DNA of 64,000 nt from Octopus sinensis (lineage: Eukaryota): assembly GCF_006345805.1 (NCBI RefSeq), contig NW_021835960.1:1-64000 (forward strand), read 5' to 3'. The translations under genes were made by a program, and so were the position numbers. Below are positions 1 through 12,250 of the stretch, in pieces. How positions within the stretch are numbered: position 1 is the first letter of the stretch; every line of letters begins with the position of its first letter. Below the pieces are notes generated by a model that ran no database searches, had not been told where the DNA came from, and saw only the letters and a list, made by a program, of their open reading frames with translations.

Positions 1-555
1 TTCTGCCATCATGCTTGGTGTTTGTCAGATGATGTTAGAGATCAAGGGGAAGAGAAATGACATTTGCTTTGTTAATTTTATGTCGCGATAAGAACTTTGG
101 GACAAATTGGTTAACAGTTGGAATTTAACTTGGGACTGGAACAATAGAATGATTGCATTGCAGAATTAATTCTCATCTGTCCTTAACCTCTGATCAAACA
201 TCACCAAGGCACATAGTCATTATAGACATATTATAGTAAGGGTATTCTTCTCTATTTAGTTTTGGGCCTCAGGCCTGATTAGCCCTCCACAAAAGCTTAA
301 AAGTCTGCATGGAATGCGGATTTTAAGCTAGTATGTCATAAATTTCAGATTATTTAACTCTTTATCCAATTTAACATCACCACCTGGTTCATGCATGGCT
401 TTAGCAGAATCCATTCTGTTGCAAGCTTTTGAGGCCAGGTGTTTGGTCTGAAGGTCATTTCTTCCTTTCAGCCTCAAATGTCCTAAAAAGAAGCACAGAC
501 ATTGCCCATCTTCCTCTGACTTGTATAGCCAATCATCACCCATGAGCATGTATTG

Positions 556-985
556 CTTGGTAACATCTTTCATGCTGTTACTAATTATTTCAGGTGTAAA
601 GTCTTGGTAACATCTACCATGCTGCTGTTAATTGATTCTGCTGTAGAGTCTTGGTAACATCTACCATGTTGCTAATTGTTTTAGGTGTGAAGTCTTAGCG
701 ACATCTATCATTCTATTGCTAACTATTTTCAAGTTGTAAACTGACATCAGATACTATCTGAGCTTGCTCAACCTCACCCAAGTGAAGCTTGTATGGTTTG
801 GTAACATCTTTCATGCCGTTGCTAATTATTTCAGGTATAAAATCATGGTAACATCTTCCAAGCTGTTGCTAATTGTTTTAGGTATAAAGTCTTGATAACA
901 CCTACCATGCTATTGCTGTTTTCAAGTTGTAAGCAGACATCAGACATTCTCTCAGCTCACTCAACCTTACCCCCAGTGGAACACC
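556..985. repeat. ~45-47 bp minisatellite with higher-order duplication
   Basis: Unit cttggtaacatct(tt/ac)catgctgtt(a/g)ctaatt(a/g)ttt(c/t)aggt(g/a)taaagt recurs about 7 times. Blocks 556-797 and ~797-985 each end in a shared ...ttttcaagttgtaa..gacatcaga...ctcaacct spacer. Confidence 0.85.
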
Positions 986-1170
986 TGAGGATGTGACTGC
1001 TGGAGGGAGAGACGGTTGCACCAGCACTTGTTTGATATTCATTACAGCTGAGTAGACTGGAGCAACTGAAAATGAAGTACTTTGTTGAAGGGCAAAAACA
1101 TACCACCCATCCAGGATTTGAACCCACAGCCTTTATTATCTGATCATGATACTGTAACTCTCGGGCCAAT
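980..1170 (-). mobile_element. tRNA-derived SINE fragment (family C)
   Basis: Reverse complement has a B-box-like gggttcaaatcc, then cttcattttcagttgctccagtctactcagctg, shared with the other family C copies. Confidence 0.6.
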
Positions 1171-1867
1171 CACATTCACTTTCCTCTGACTAAGTCATTA
1201 AAAAAGAAAAGAGTAGAAAAAAAAAAACCAAGCCTGAAATGGTGATAGTTTGAAGTCTTTGACCCCCTCCCCCCCTCCCCGCGTACCATTTATTTGACAG
1301 AGTGCAGGTAGTAAGTCACCTGCTCCCACACAATGCAGGTATCTCACCAGTTACATTACTACCTAACCTACACTGGCTAAAACAACAGAATAAAACGAAC
1401 TAAAAAAAATTACAATAACATCTGAAGTAAAAGTAATACCTGAATCTCAAATGACAATTCATGTACCACTAGGTCTGTGTTTTTTGGCGTTTTTCTATCT
1501 TTTTTTTTATTTATTTACTTCTTTTTTTTTTTAACCGATTTAGTTGCTTTAGAGCAAATTGTTGTTGTTCATGTTAGTATTTTTAGTGTTGCTAATTTTT
1601 TTTTTGCCTGCAACTGATCGAATGAAACCAAATATTTGTGGAAGGATGATATTTTAAGACTTTGTCTAGGTTTACACGCGTGATTGCATATGCACAGACA
1701 CACAGGAATGCTCACACATACACACACACTATGAGTACACACAATACCTGCAATGCACACACACACATGCAACTAAATGTATCAGCAATGCACATGCACA
1801 CATAGATGCAAATACATATATGTCTGCACAAACAGGAATGCAAATGAATGCACACACTTATATATAT

Positions 1868-2253
1868 ACTCTTTTACTCTTTTACTTGTTTCAGTCATTT
1901 GACTGCAGCCATGCTGGAGCACCGCCTTTAGTCGAGCAAATCGATCCCGGGACTTATTCTTTGTAAGCCCAGTACTTATTCTATCAGTCTCTTTTGCCGA
2001 ACCGCTAAGTGATGGGGATGTAAACACACCAGAATCGGTTGTCAAGCAATGCTAGGGGAACAAACACAGACTCACAAACATACACACATACATATATATA
2101 CATATATACGACAGGCTTCTTTCAGTTTCCGTCTACCAAATCCACTCACAAGGCTTTGGTTAGCCCGAGGCTATAGCAGAAGACACTTGGGAAGTCTGAA
2201 CCCTGAACCATGTGGTTGGTTAGCAAGCTACTTACCACACAGATACTCCTGCG

Positions 2254-2256
<3 letters not shown>
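1868..2256 (-). mobile_element. tRNA-derived CORE-like SINE (family A), near full length
   Basis: Reverse complement matches the 5076-5498 copy: head ggcgcaggagt..tgtgtggtaagtagcttgct, internal microsatellite, tail cggttcggcaaaagag...gactgaaacaagtaaaagagtaaaagag. Confidence 0.9.
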
Positions 2257-2300
<44 letters not shown>

Positions 2301-3014
2301 GAATAGCAAGAGAGAGAGAGAGAGAAAAATGCATGTATACAGATACACACATATGCACTCCTATATGTACACATACACACTTGAATCAAACACATGTACA
2401 CGTAAGAATTGTAAAACACAAGGATACACAAATATAAATGCATATATGCTCATATGCAAATGCAACCCCACCCACTATCAGAAATGCACATTTACACGTG
2501 AACCCTCCCATACATTCACTCATAAAAAATGTGCACATTCACACACAAAAGTACTGACATCTATAGAAAACAACTCAACTATACACACCATACACAAAAG
2601 AGCACACACACACACACACTCACACACATAATACACAAAGGATATAACCATACATGCATAAAAGCACACAAACACACATATACAAAAGCTTATGTTCATG
2701 CACACACACACACAAGCTTATATTCAAGTATATACAAAAGCACTGACACACACCAAAACACCTGTTCACACTTACCCAAATGCATACACAGAATGTATGA
2801 ATTAAAGTTACTAATTTTTTTTTTCTATCAGATTATTTATTAAACTATTAATATCGTTATTTATGCTCATCACCAATTTTAGAAGGAAGATATACTTAAT
2901 TGAACCTATTCAAGTTTATTGTGGATACATTATTTCAGTCCTGAGTGATAGTAGAAAAAGGCAGCCCAGACCTGGTTTGAACTTGAAACTGGAAAATATT
3001 AATTTCTCTATCAC

Positions 3015-3405
3015 AGGTATAGGCATAGCTGTGTGGTAAGAAGTTTTGCTTCCCAATCACATGGTTTCAAGTTCAGTCCCACTGTATGGTACCTTGGGCA
3101 AGTGTCTACTACTAAAGTTTTGGGCCAACTAAGACCGTGTGAGTGGAGACACAAACCGAAAGAAGCCTGTCACATGTGTATGAGTGTGTGTGTGTGTATG
3201 TTTGTCTCCTACCATTGCTTGACAACCAGCGTTGGTGTGTTTACATCCCTGTTACTTAGCAATTTGGCAAAAGAGAGCAATTGAATAAGTACCAGGCTTA
3301 AAAAAAAATAGGACTGGGGGGGTTGATTTGTTTGACTACCTCGAAGCTGTGCCCCAGCATGGCTGTAATCTAATGACCAAATGAAACAAGTAAATGACTA
3401 AAGAT
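3015..3405 (+). mobile_element. SINE family A, diverged copy
   Basis: ttcaagttcagtcccactgtatggtaccttgggcaagtgtc plus the shared tail. Confidence 0.85.
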
Positions 3406-3669
3406 ATGATTTAGTTGGTAGATATTAGATAGCGTGTGCTACTGTCGCTGGGTCAGGATGTAATATGAATACTGAAGCAGAGTGTGTCATGGATACTGGA
3501 ACAGCATGTGCTATAGGTATTGGAGGAGGCACTGAAATAGGATATACTGTGGCTAGTGAAATAGGGGTGTGCTATGAGAAATGAAACAGGATGTGCGTAT
3601 ACTATAGAGTATACGATTCAAAGTGTGGGAATCACTGCAAAATTAATGTAATATATTTAATTGACAATT

Positions 3670-3890
3670 AAGGCAGCAAGCTGGTAGAATTATTGGCATG
3701 CTGGACAAAAGTGCTTAGGTGGAATTTCATCCGTCTTTAAGCTCTGAGTTCAAATCTACTGAGGTGGACTTTGCCTTTCATCCTTTTGAGGTCGATGAAA
3801 TAAGTACAAGTTGGGTACCAGAGTTAATGTAATCGACTTACTCATGCTCCTGAAGTTACTGGCTTTGTGCCAAAATTTGAAATGAATATA
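3670..3890 (+). mobile_element. tRNA-derived SINE family B
   Basis: aaggcagcaagctggtagaat...ctgagttcaaatc...ctttgcctttcatccttttgaggtcgatgaaataagtac, a motif repeated more than 15 times in the window. Confidence 0.85.
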
Positions 3891-4589
3891 TCTAATTGAC
3901 AATTAATGTATTTCAAAATTGTGTAGAAAACGGGAAATAGACAGAAATAAGGTTGAAGTACATTACGAAGATATACTGGAATATTTCTTTGTTTCTGGTA
4001 AAACTGGGTAAAAGGCCCAGGTCAATGAGACAATACTAAAATTTGTCCCTTGATTAAACGAGACAGTGAGGAAATCTCTTATGTGGTTACTCACTCTGCT
4101 AGAAATAGTAGCCATACAACCCTCAGGAAGGGGCATGTTGGATAATGTAGTCCTAAACTCCACTAAAAAGATGAGGTGGTCTCAATTCATATTAGATAAT
4201 GTAGTCCTACATACCACTAAAATGATGAGATGGTCATAAATGGAATATCCTTGATCTTTAATATCCTCAATTAGAGTTGATTTTATAGTTAAAAGAGTAC
4301 CAATAATAACTGGAGTTCCAGTTTCAATTAAGAAAAAAAAACAAACAAATAAAAAACAAAAACACTAAAGCTTTCAACATTATACACAGTCCGAAGGAAC
4401 TCTGCTAGGCATTGCTTACATCCTACGCAAGACATTTTCAATTCAATAGCACAACTGAAACAGTACACAAAAAGAGGTGCAGTTGTCGGATTACTGGCAG
4501 GCTAACAGAAAAAAAAAAGACTTTCTATATAACTGATGACCAGGAATAAGAGCACCCTTGAAATAAATTCTTTCAAATACTCAAGACTT

Positions 4590-4975
4590 CCTAGAAGTTG
4601 TTGATAGCTTCTGTTATCTAGGTGACCCATTTAGGCGTGGATGTGGGTGGGTATTCCACAAGCATGAGTAGCCAGAGAAGAATGGGGGTGGAAGAAGTTC
4701 AGGCTACTATTGTCTCTGCTGGTAATAGAAAGATACTCTTCCAAGTGAAGGCCAGATTGTAATAAGTGTGATGTTGTGTGTTCAGGAAACATTGGCATTG
4801 AATATGGAAGGCGTGAGTTGTGCAAAGGCTGGAAAAAAAACTGAGATGAGCATGCTCGTTTAAGTGTGAAATATTAGTGTACATGAATAGCAGGGCATAA
4901 GTAAGCTGGGAGAAAAACTGGGTATAAAAGGAATTAAATGTAGTATGCAAGAGTGAAGGCAGTGCTGGTGATGAA
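4590..4975 (+). mobile_element. RTE-clade LINE fragment (RT C-terminal region, degenerate)
   Basis: Translates to LEVVDSFCYLGD...GWKKFRLLLSLL...KARLY...MSML...LGIKGIKCSMQE with stops and frameshifts, typical of RTE ORF2. Confidence 0.75.
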
Positions 4976-5075
4976 TATACAGTCGTGGCTAAAAGTATGG
5001 AACATAGGTCTGAAAATTAGAATTTTTGTATTAAATGCCCTAAGTTATATTTAATTTGCAATATATTTGCAATAT

Positions 5076-5241
5076 AGGCACAGGAGTGGCTGTGTGGTAA
5101 GTAGCTTGTTTACCAACCACATGGTTTCAGGTTCAGTCCCACTGCGTGGCATCTTGGGCAAGTGTCTTCTACTATAGCCTCAGGCCGACCAAAGCCTTGT
5201 GAGTGGATTTGGTAGACGGAAACTGAAAGAAGCCCGTCGTA

Positions 5242-5289
<48 letters not shown>

Positions 5290-5498
5290 TGTGTGTGTTT
5301 GTCCCCCTAGCATTGCTTGACAACCGATGCTGGTGTGTTTATGTTCCCGTTACTTAGCGGTTCGGCAAAAGACACCGATAGAATAAGTACTGGGCTTACA
5401 AAAGAATAAGTCCCGGGGTCGAGTTGCTCGATTAAAGGCGGTGCTCCAGCATGGCCGCAGTCAAATGACTGAAACAAGTAAAAGCGTAAAAGAGAGTA
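5076..5498 (+). mobile_element. SINE family A, near full length and little diverged
   Basis: ggcacaggagtggctgtgtggtaagtagcttg...caggttcagtcccactgcgtggcatcttgggcaagtgtc, internal (TA)n, tail ending gtaaaagcgtaaaagag; CpGs retained. Confidence 0.9.
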
Positions 5499-5639
5499 TA
5501 TTATTACAGTAATATGGTGGATATCTAAAAAAGAATTTATTTTAGTTGTTTGATGCTAGTCATGTGACTTCCTGTAATTTTGTGAATTGTACATGGGCAT
5601 AACAATTTTTCAAAAATGTTCCAAACTTTTGGCCATGAC

Positions 5640-5830
5640 TGTATGGAGGATGACATGTATAGAGGTGGCAAGAAATCCTAGTGGAAGAACTTGTGGAAAA
5701 GAAAGTATAAGAAGTGGTGAAGGCTGAATTCCATGACTGAGATGACAAAGGACCACAACAAGTGGTGGGTTGCCATGCCAGAGAGGATCCATCCAGTCAA
5801 GGCAAACATGGAAAAACTGACATAAAATCG
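5640..5830 (+). mobile_element. RTE-like LINE 3' end
   Basis: RGGKKSWxELVEK...EMTKDHNKW-like translation followed by catccagtcaaggcaaacatggaaaa, similar to the family D tail. Confidence 0.5.
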
Positions 5831-5949
5831 ATGATATTACTGATGTTTCCAGCAATGGATCAAGGCCACAAATTTGAAGGGAAAGTATATTGTTAACTAG
5901 ACCAATATTCTGTTTGACTGAAGCTTAATTTTATAGACGATGATGATAA

Positions 5950-6265
5950 AATCTTTTCTATTATAGGCACGCAGCCAGAATTTGAGGGCTGGGTGGGGTG
6001 GGGTGGAGTAGTCAATTACACCGACCTCAGTACTCTACTGGTACTTATTTTATCAACCCTGAAAGAATAACGATAATCTTTTGTACTATAGGCACAAAGC
6101 CAGAAATTTGGGTGGCAGGGAGCTAGTCGATGGCATCGACCCCCAAAACTTAACTGGCATTTATTTTATTGACCCCAAAAGGATGACAGGCATTGTCAAC
6201 CTCAGTGGAATATGAATGTAAAGTTGGATGAAATGTTGCTAAGCATTTTGTCTGGTGTGCTAAAG
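5950..6265 (-). mobile_element. SINE family B fragments (two adjacent)
   Basis: ggtacttattttatcaaccc...gaaag and taactggcatttattttattgaccccaaaaggatgacaggc are reverse-complement family B segments. Confidence 0.7.
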
Positions 6266-6285
6266 ATTCAGTGAGATTGCTACCT

Positions 6286-6340
6286 TAATAATAATAATAA
6301 TAATAGTAATAATAATAATAATAGTAATAATAATAATAAC

Positions 6341-6378
<38 letters not shown>
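6286..6378. repeat. (TAA)n microsatellite
   Basis: Direct reading. Confidence 0.95.
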
Positions 6379-6379
<1 letters not shown>

Positions 6380-7095
6380 TTTTTGGGGTGGGATTAGTTG
6401 ATTACATAAACCTCAGTGCTCAACTGGTACTTAATTTTTTTTCTACTCCAAAAGGAAAGCCTTAGTGGAATTTGAACTCTGAATGCAAAAAGAGTAAGAA
6501 GAAATGTCTGATGCTTTAATTATTGCACCAATCCACCATCCTAATAATACTACTACCGCCAACTCCATCACAACCGTCCATAACACTCATTTCTTTATTT
6601 GCCACAAGGGTGATGAATGTGGGGGGACATTACAAAACAGTGATATTAATGACAATAATTTTGCTTGTGTATTCTTTGTGTTTGTTATTCCTATGTGATA
6701 ATGAGTAACGAAGTCTGCTATAGAATTATTAGTGTGGAACATTCCTTCTTGTATTGTAATGTAATAACTGCCTCACACACACGCTCACATGTTTATGCAC
6801 AAACACGTGTTTTTATACATATGCAAGGAAAGCGAGTTAAAGTTTTGCTTATAGGAATACCAGAATGAATATGAAAACAGTAATAATGACACATGTTTGT
6901 CTTTGCATTGATTAACAAACATGTCTCTTTCCACAAATGTATAATTAGTTTGGAACCAAGGTGTCTCACTTTTTTTTTTCTCTTTTTCTTAATAAATTTA
7001 TGGTTAGTATAATATAGTTCTTCACACTGCATCTTTCTGTCTACACATACAAACATATGCACACACATGCACACATGCTTATGTATGTGTATATC

Positions 7096-7126
7096 TATGT
7101 ATGGTGTGTGCATATATATATATATA

Positions 7127-7175
<49 letters not shown>

Positions 7176-7186
7176 ATATATATATA

Positions 7187-7232
<46 letters not shown>

Positions 7233-7255
7233 TATGTGTGTGTGTGTGTGTGTTA
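7096..7255. repeat. compound (TA)n/(TG)n microsatellite
   Basis: Direct reading; explains the overlapping IYIYIY ORFs. Confidence 0.95.
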
Positions 7256-7324
7256 TTATTTAGGACAAACGGTAACTTGTCATTATAGTACTTCATATTA
7301 TTTTATATATATGTGTGTGTGAAG

Positions 7325-7650
7325 GTACATGGCTCAGTGTTTAGAACACTGAACTTATGATCGTGAGGTTGTGAGTTTGATTCCCGGACTGGGCTGCAAG
7401 ACACTTTATTTCACATTGCTCCAGTTCACTCAGCTGTAGAAATGAATTGTAACATCATTGGTGCCAAGCTGTATCGGCCCCTTTGCCTTTCCCTTGGATA
7501 ACATCAGTGGCATGGAGAGGGGATGCTGGTATGCATGGACGACTGCTGGTCTTCCATAAAAAAGCAACCCTAGGTGGTACATTCGCTGGTAAGGTGACAT
7601 TCCACCCAGACTTGTACCGTGGAGGGGAACCTCTTAGATGCACCCATGGT
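7325..7650 (+). mobile_element. tRNA-derived SINE family C
   Basis: A-box tggctcagtgtttag, B-box gagtttgattccc, then cactttatttcacattgctccagttcactcagctg; homologous copy reversed at 52920-53212. Confidence 0.8.
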
Positions 7651-7677
7651 CATTCATGACCAACAGAGTCGAGTTTA

Positions 7678-7707
<30 letters not shown>

Positions 7708-7708
<1 letters not shown>

Positions 7709-8085
7709 GGTGCGGGAGTGGCTGTGTGGTAAGAAGCTTGCTTCCAAACCACTTGATTCTGGTGCAGTCCTCCTGCATGGCACCTTGGGCAAGTGTCTTC
7801 TACTATAACCTCGCGTTGACCAAACCCTTGTGAGTGGATTTGGTAGATGGAGACTGAAAGTAGCCCTTCATAATGTATGTGTATACATTTGTGTGTTTGT
7901 GTTTGTCCTCCCACATCACTTGACAACCAATGTTTGTGTGTTTATGTCACCATAACTTAGTGGTTTGGCAAAAGAGACCAATAGAATAAGTACTAGGCTT
8001 ACAAAGAATAAGTCCTGGGATCAATTTGTTCGACTAAAGGTGGTGCCCCAGCATAACCGCAGTAAATGTCTGGAACAAGTAAAAT
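7708..8085 (+). mobile_element. SINE family A
   Basis: Same head, core and tail as 5076-5498. Confidence 0.85.
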
Positions 8086-8152
8086 AATATGTATATGTAT
8101 GTATACACACACACATACACTTATATATTTATGAGTGGATGTGTGTGTAAGA

Positions 8153-8220
<68 letters not shown>

Positions 8221-8277
8221 TTAGAGACAAAACCACTGTTATGCAAATCAGTAGGTATATTAGCAGAGCAAATTTAA

Positions 8278-8463
8278 CCCTTTAGTGTTAATTTAATGCT
8301 TTTTATCCACATTGTTTTGAACTAACCATGCATTATCTTGTAGCTATGAGATTTTAATGAGTTAGCTGTTAATTTTTAAAACGATATTGTAGGGTTGGTG
8401 TGAGAGACCAGATCTGGCCAGTTTGGACATAAAACAGGCAGAATACTTTTGGCCGGATAAGGG
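8278..8463. mobile_element. piggyBac-type MITE (internally deleted)
   Basis: TTAA|CCCTTTAG...AAGGG|TTAA; homologous to 49810-50030. Confidence 0.8.
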
Positions 8464-8788
8464 TTAACTAATTCCTCTCCATAGATTGAAATAATGATGA
8501 CCAGCTTCAGTCATTCTTAGTTTGACCAATCCCAGAGAAACAAGCAGCCAGTCTGTTTATGCACTTGCCAAATCCAGTAGCTACTGAGAATTGGAGCTAC
8601 TAATTTGCATACCATATTACACACAGGTGGGTGCAGACATACATACATATGTAGATGTATATATAAATGTGCCTGCTTATATGTATAAGTAGACTCTGTG
8701 AGTGTGTGTGTGTCTATCTATCTCTCTATATATCTATATACATACTAGAGAGTGAATTCATTTCATCACTAATCAGTGTTTCACGCAG

Positions 8789-8801
8789 TCACACACAGAA
8801 G
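8789..8801 (+). CDS. candidate 13-nt microexon (unidentified gene)
   Basis: cactaat (branch-like)...tgtttcacgcag|tcacacacagaag|gtatgt. Splice signals only, no homology evidence. Confidence 0.25.
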
Positions 8802-8987
8802 GTATGTTGCAGCAATCTCTCAGACAGTTCTTTCTATAATATTCCCCTGAAGGGTTTCAGCTACATGTCTTGTGAATATTATTGTAAAACTGAGTAATGC
8901 TTGAGTGAGGTCACTGAATGCCTCCCAGTAACTTGAAACTCTACTTCGTGCACAGAGCGCTCTCTTTTCTTTCCTTTGTAATTATAA

Positions 8988-9020
<33 letters not shown>

Positions 9021-9023
<3 letters not shown>

Positions 9024-9234
9024 GAGGTGGTGCTGAAAAGTTCCTTGCTTTGGGTAAAAGAAAATACAGGAGGATCTGTTAATTATGATTTTAAACAACA
9101 TCCTCCCCTCTCAGATTCAGACACTTATTGCAGCAGTCCTCCAGTTTTTCTAAGCCTTGTAATATAAAAAGAACTTGGATGGTTGAGCCCGCAACCAGGC
9201 CATTCACGATACCCTTGAAGCCAGGAACTTTTCA
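9021..9234 (-). mobile_element. mariner-derived MITE
   Basis: TIR gaggtggtgctgaaaagttcc / ccaggaacttttca next to TA; reverse homolog of 58061-58277. Confidence 0.8.
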
Positions 9235-9260
9235 TATATGCATAAATGTATATGTGTGTG

Positions 9261-9305
<45 letters not shown>

Positions 9306-9902
9306 ATATGAAACTAAAGAGAGCAAATGTAGAAACAAAAGTTGTAAAATGGCCAACGCCTGCTTCCTCTTCTGTTCAGCAGTAATAATCAGTAAATTAG
9401 TTGTTTTCTAATGTGTACCATATTAGTATATCTGTATACATGTGTAGTTGAGTTGTTGTTTAGTGTCATGTCATCCATATTCAGGGACTCCAGTGACCAA
9501 ACCAGTCGCACCGCAGCTGTGACGATTCTATTGCTTTTATTTTCCAGGGAATTAGCACTACACATTATCCAATGTGTCCCTCCTTGTTTTATGGTTATAG
9601 CTTGTAATTTGAGTGAAATTTGGTTACTACTTCTAGCAGATTGAACAACCACTTAGAAGCTCATTCATTAGCTCATATTGTAATGGATGTGCTGAAAACA
9701 ATATATATATATATTTTAAGGTCCATCTTCCATGCTGGCATGGGTTGGATATATGTATGTGTGTGTATATATATATATATATAAGTAAAAATTTAGATTC
9801 AGAAGAATATGGTACTTAAGTTTAATTTAGTATGGTATTATCCATACAATTTCAAAATAAAGTGATTAAAATCAAAATAAGCAACAAGGATATCCAGAGG
9901 TA

Positions 9903-9947
<45 letters not shown>

Positions 9948-10019
9948 GAAAAACCACTATTATGCAATTCAAACAATGATAGACATAAACCTATTATATA
10001 TATATATATATATATATAT

Positions 10020-10205
10020 GAAATGCGGAGTAGATAAAACAGGGGACAACTGATGAAAGGATTGGTCTTTATGTTGCCTGTCTTGTTTGTTTATTTGTTT
10101 CTTTCGTTGTTCGAAAAGAAGATCGTTTTCCATGTTTCCGTTTTTTTATGTTCTCATTTTTCCTTTTGTTCACATTTGTTTGACGTCCTGTCCTCACATA
10201 TGCAT
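10020..10205 (+). mobile_element. repeat flanked by (TA)n, possibly Penelope-related
   Basis: ggagtagataaaacaggggacaactgatga shared with 46800-47000; embedded between TA microsatellites. Confidence 0.4.
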
Positions 10206-10229
10206 GTCTATATACATATATATGTAGGT

Positions 10230-10252
10230 ATGTACATGTATGTATGTATATA

Positions 10253-10332
<80 letters not shown>

Positions 10333-10445
10333 CACACATATATATATATTTATATTATTATATATATACACATATATATACACACATATATATATTATTT
10401 ATATTATTATATATGTATGTGTGTGTGTGTGTGTGTATATATGTA
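10230..10445. repeat. (TA)n/(CA)n/(TG)n compound microsatellite
   Basis: Direct reading. Confidence 0.95.
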
Positions 10446-10769
10446 GATATATAGTGGCCAAGTAATGAAGAATTATAATTGGTTTATTAAAAACATAGTA
10501 AACTCGTGATGGACAATGTTCATTGAAGTTCATGAGTGTCATCTGTTTTCTAACTCCATCTGTACTATTCAGAAATGTATTGAAAACTGTTTCACTTTGA
10601 TAGTCAGACACAGCAGATATTCACTGCTATTGTTGCATCTAATTTATGTTAATAGAGATAAATAGTTCTTGTAATTCTACAAACTGAATTAACTTTTAAC
10701 CCCTTTTAACATCTGTAATTCAGATACTAAGGTATTTAGATGTTGTTTAACTTTTATCTTTTATGTGTA

Positions 10770-11178
10770 TAGGTCGTTGGACTACAGCCATGCTGGAGCA
10801 CTGCCATGAAAAGTTTAATCAAACGAACGAAATCCAGTACTTGTATTTTTTACAGTCTGGTACTTATTCTCTCAATCCTCCTTTTTTTTTGTTGAACTGC
10901 TAAGTTATGGGGATGTAAGCAAATCAACACCTGTTGTCAATTAGTGTCAACTGTGTGTGGGACAGATACAAAGACACATACACACATATCCATATTTATC
11001 TGTGTGTGTGTATGACTGATGGACTGCGCATAGTTTCTGTCTACTAAATTCATTGACAAACCATTGGTAGACCCAGGGCTGTAATCACAGGCACTTGCCC
11101 AAGATGCTGTGCAGTGGAATTGAACCTGAAACCACACAGTTGTAAAGCGAGCTTCTTAACCACACTGCCATGACTGTG
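10770..11178 (-). mobile_element. SINE family A, diverged
   Basis: cagccatgctggagcactgcc...gtacttattct...gcacttgcccaagatgc...cttcttaaccacactgccatgact. Confidence 0.8.
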
Positions 11179-12039
11179 TGCCTATTCTTATTTAACGGAT
11201 GATGATATATAATTTGATCAGCACTTTCTTCCTGATGAATATATAAAAATAAAATATATCAACAAAGCTAGATATGGTCAAAACTATTGTCTTTTGGTCC
11301 CTGAGTACCATTAGCAGATTCTACTTTTTGTTAGCATTCTGAGCAGGTCCATGGTCAGAGTATGACTCATAACTTCCTGTGTGCTTGGTTGAAGCTTGTG
11401 AAAAAATAACTGACTCTAGGGTGCCTTTAACAGAGTTCTTCTGTGTTTGCGAGTATATAGGTTTACTGTCTGAAGACGAATCCAGCCTGAGGGTAATTCC
11501 ATATCTTGATGTGCTTCTTACTACTGCATTAACCTGTGTGTTGTGAATTCTTCCACTCTTTTCCCTCTCTCCAATCTTGAAGACCTCTACAAAGGTCATG
11601 GACACTACCCACCCGCTCCTCTAAGCCATTACACAAAACAACAACAACAACAACAAAATGCCCATATGAAAAGAAATTAGTACAGTTGTTAATAGTAACA
11701 AGATTTAGGTGGTTTAAATGATAAAAGATAACAGACGTAAATATTTCAAATACTGTTGATAACACTGTTTTAGTAAATATAAGGAATGCTTTTAATGTTT
11801 CTATTACTTAATCTGAGAACAGGTTTTGGCTTATAGCTTTGATTCAGTCTTAGCACATTGAATCGAAAACATCAACTGAGCAAGGTTAAGGTTTAATTTG
11901 AATTTATTAGCTACATGGTTTCGGGTTCAGTCCCACTGCGTGGCACTTTGGGTAGGTGTCTTCCACTATATCCCCGAGCTGACCGGAGCTTTGTGATTGA
12001 ATTCGGTAGGTGGAAGTTACTGCCGTGTGTGTATGTGTG

Positions 12040-12250
12040 CGTATAGCTGCTCAGTGCCTCTCCGAAAGAGAGAGAGGGGATAGGTTAGTTGTTGTAGTGT
12101 AAAATATGGATTGTGAGAGGGAGTTCTTTAGTTTAGTTCCGAGGGAAAAATGTTTTGCACATGTGGTCAAGGAGGATGAGATGGGACAGAGATCTATATA
12201 AAGGTGTTAGCTGTATTGTTATTGAGAAAACTACAGTTGCTAAGTACTGT
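12040..12250 (-). mobile_element. CR1/L2-like LINE 3' relic
   Basis: Reverse complement gives FFPR...KNSL-like fragments resembling the FFPRTxxLWNSLP C-terminal motif; highly degenerate. Confidence 0.3.

Noticed and set aside
328-573. 81-aa minus ORF MKDVTKQY...
   Set aside because: Starts inside the minisatellite, no recognisable domain, no supporting exon structure.
5985-6008. G-quadruplex-like G-runs (also C-runs at 1262-1282)
   Set aside because: Short, the first lies within a SINE tail, no functional context.
6286-6378. Regularly repeated short units considered as CRISPR-like
   Set aside because: Simple trinucleotide microsatellite in a eukaryotic context; no repeat-spacer arrays anywhere in the window.
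6793-7296. Long ORFs rich in IY/HT/CV dipeptides (also 2299-2843, 10053-10465, 23986-24315, 41234-41582, 48735-49194, 62620-63089)
   Set aside because: Translations of (TA)n, (CA)n and (ATCT)n microsatellites, which lack stops in some frames.
8485-8626. Exon-like segment with good acceptor (ctctccatag) and donor (cag|gtgggt)
   Set aside because: All three frames contain stops; at most a non-coding exon.
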